From: an uncultured Acidobacteriota bacterium
GTDB lineage: Bacteria > Acidobacteriota > Vicinamibacteria > Fen-336
Length of the DNA stretch: 64,000 bases
Reading direction: 5' to 3'
NCBI GenBank assembly: GCA_963742595.1
Contig: CAVUMT010000001.1
Span: 1,767,633-1,831,632 of the forward strand
The notes below the pieces were generated by a model, which saw only the letters and a program-made list of their open reading frames with translations, was not told the origin of the DNA and searched no databases. The translations under genes and the position numbers were made by a program. Below, in pieces: positions 63,144-64,000 of this stretch (position 1 is the first letter of the stretch; each line of letters starts with the position of its first letter).

Positions 63144-64000
63144 ATGACATTCCTGCTGCTAGCCGTGGCCGCGCTCGGCATCTCCGCCGAGAGCGCGGCG
63201 GTCATCGGACACGTCCGGGACGCGACGGGCGGGGTGGTGGCCGAGGCGTCGGTCTCCCTGCTGAGCCCCCAACAGGCGCTGGTCGCGTCCACGAGGACGG
63301 ACGCGCAGGGCCAGTTCCGTTTCGAGGGGGTGGGCCACGGATCGTACCTCGTCATCGCCCATGCCCCCGGCTTCACGGCGCAGCGGGCGGCGGTGCTCGT
63401 GAAGGAGGGAGCCGCCACTCCCTCCGTGGACCTGGTGCTCGAGACGTGGGTCTTCGAGGAGGAAGTCACGGTGAGCGCCCGTCTCGGCAACGTGGACGAC
63501 GTCGGGCGCGTGGCCCAGAGGGTCAACCTCATCGACGAGAGGGACATCGCGTTCCGGGTCAAAGCGGTGGTGGCCCAGGCCGCTCTCGAGGAGCCGGGCG
63601 TCCACCTCCAGCGCACGAGCCCCACGATGGGCGAGTTCTACGTGCGCGGCCTCACCGGCACGAAGGTGAACGTCTACGTGGACGGCGTCCGCTTCACGAC
63701 GGGCGCGCAGCGGGGAGGCGTCTCCACGTTCTTCAACCTCATCGAGCCCGCGGCCGTGGGATCGGTGGAAGTGCTCCGCGGCCCCTCGAGCGCCGAGTAC
63801 GGCAGCGACGCGATGGGAGGCAGCGTCCAGTTCCTCACGAAGATCCCCACGATCCCGGCGGGAGGCGGGGCCTGGCGAGGCTCGTGGGACGTGAACTTCG
63901 GCAGCGCCGACGTGAGCTACGGCACCGCGCTCAGCGTCTCCCAGGTCGGCCCGCGCTTCGCCGTCGCCGCGTCCCTCGCGGGCCGGCGCAGCAACACCCT
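63144..64000 (+). CDS. TonB-dependent receptor with N-terminal carboxypeptidase-regulatory-like domain (5' partial; continues beyond the window)
   Basis: Signal MTFLLLAVAALGISAESAA. CarbopepD_reg_2-like ...GHVRDATGGVVAEASVSLLSP...GQFRFEGV...GSYLVIAHAPGF. Plug motifs ...VRGLTG...VDGVRF... Confidence 0.75.
   Translation, partial: MTFLLLAVAALGISAESAAVIGHVRDATGGVVAEASVSLLSPQQALVASTRTDAQGQFRFEGVGHGSYLVIAHAPGFTAQRAAVLVKEGAATPSVDLVLETWVFEEEVTVSARLGNVDDVGRVAQRVNLIDERDIAFRVKAVVAQAALEEPGVHLQRTSPTMGEFYVRGLTGTKVNVYVDGVRFTTGAQRGGVSTFFNLIEPAAVGSVEVLRGPSSAEYGSDAMGGSVQFLTKIPTIPAGGGAWRGSWDVNFGSADVSYGTALSVSQVGPRFAVAASLAGRRSNT

Overview
This is a ~70% GC bacterial chromosomal segment. The gene content (alternative complex III with caa3 oxidase, TonB-dependent receptors with a carboxypeptidase-regulatory N-domain, secreted PQQ/BNR beta-propellers, DUF507 proteins) is compatible with Acidobacteriota, Gemmatimonadota or Myxococcota, but the phylum cannot be fixed from the sequence alone. 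Coding density is high.

Main blocks, in order:
- 30-6130: OsmC-like protein, an FHA-EAL fusion, an orphan AlgI (MBOAT) / AlgJ-like polysaccharide O-acetylation pair, and a frameshifted flavin monooxygenase.
- 6477-18556 (minus strand): a long respiratory operon, actABCDEF (alternative complex III), a small membrane protein, SCO1, then coxB, coxA, coxC (caa3-type cytochrome c oxidase).
- 18754-26281: upp, two DUF507 proteins, a glycosidase-like lipoprotein translationally coupled to sthA, an OmpA-family outer-membrane protein, and the RNA ligase rtcB.
- 26365-31125: the most unusual part, an accessory-looking island. It has a near-consensus promoter plus an intrinsic terminator framing a ~235-nt candidate small RNA; a tightly packed array of ten tRNA(-like) genes (2-30 nt spacers, CCA encoded, several with non-canonical anticodon loops or arms); a lone molybdopterin oxidoreductase; a PadR regulator interrupted by an in-frame stop; and a second cluster of tRNA(-like) genes and tRNA fragments with twin perfect palindromes.
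- 31446-40835: an SPFH protein, tandem PQQ-propeller paralogs, a YciI-like protein, an S9 peptidase, a lipoprotein, a BNR propeller and a small TPR-like protein.
- 40860-51518: housekeeping genes rseP, dxr, cdsA, uppS, truA, pyrE; GT2 and GT4 glycosyltransferases; a DAG-kinase-like lipid kinase; a DapA-family protein; a GAF protein; an SDR.
- 51540-64000: serine hydrolases, TonB-dependent receptors, an RpiR regulator, a Hanks kinase / PP2C phosphatase pair, pdxJ, and a BlaI-BlaR1-like module ahead of a TonB-dependent receptor.

A striking global property is pervasive frameshifting of otherwise well-conserved genes, including essential ones, often at G/C homopolymer runs. This most likely reflects sequencing or assembly indels and limits the confidence of fine-scale RNA calls. 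No CRISPR array, transposase or integrase was seen. Coordinates of frameshifted genes and hand-mapped RNA features are approximate (+/- a few nt).
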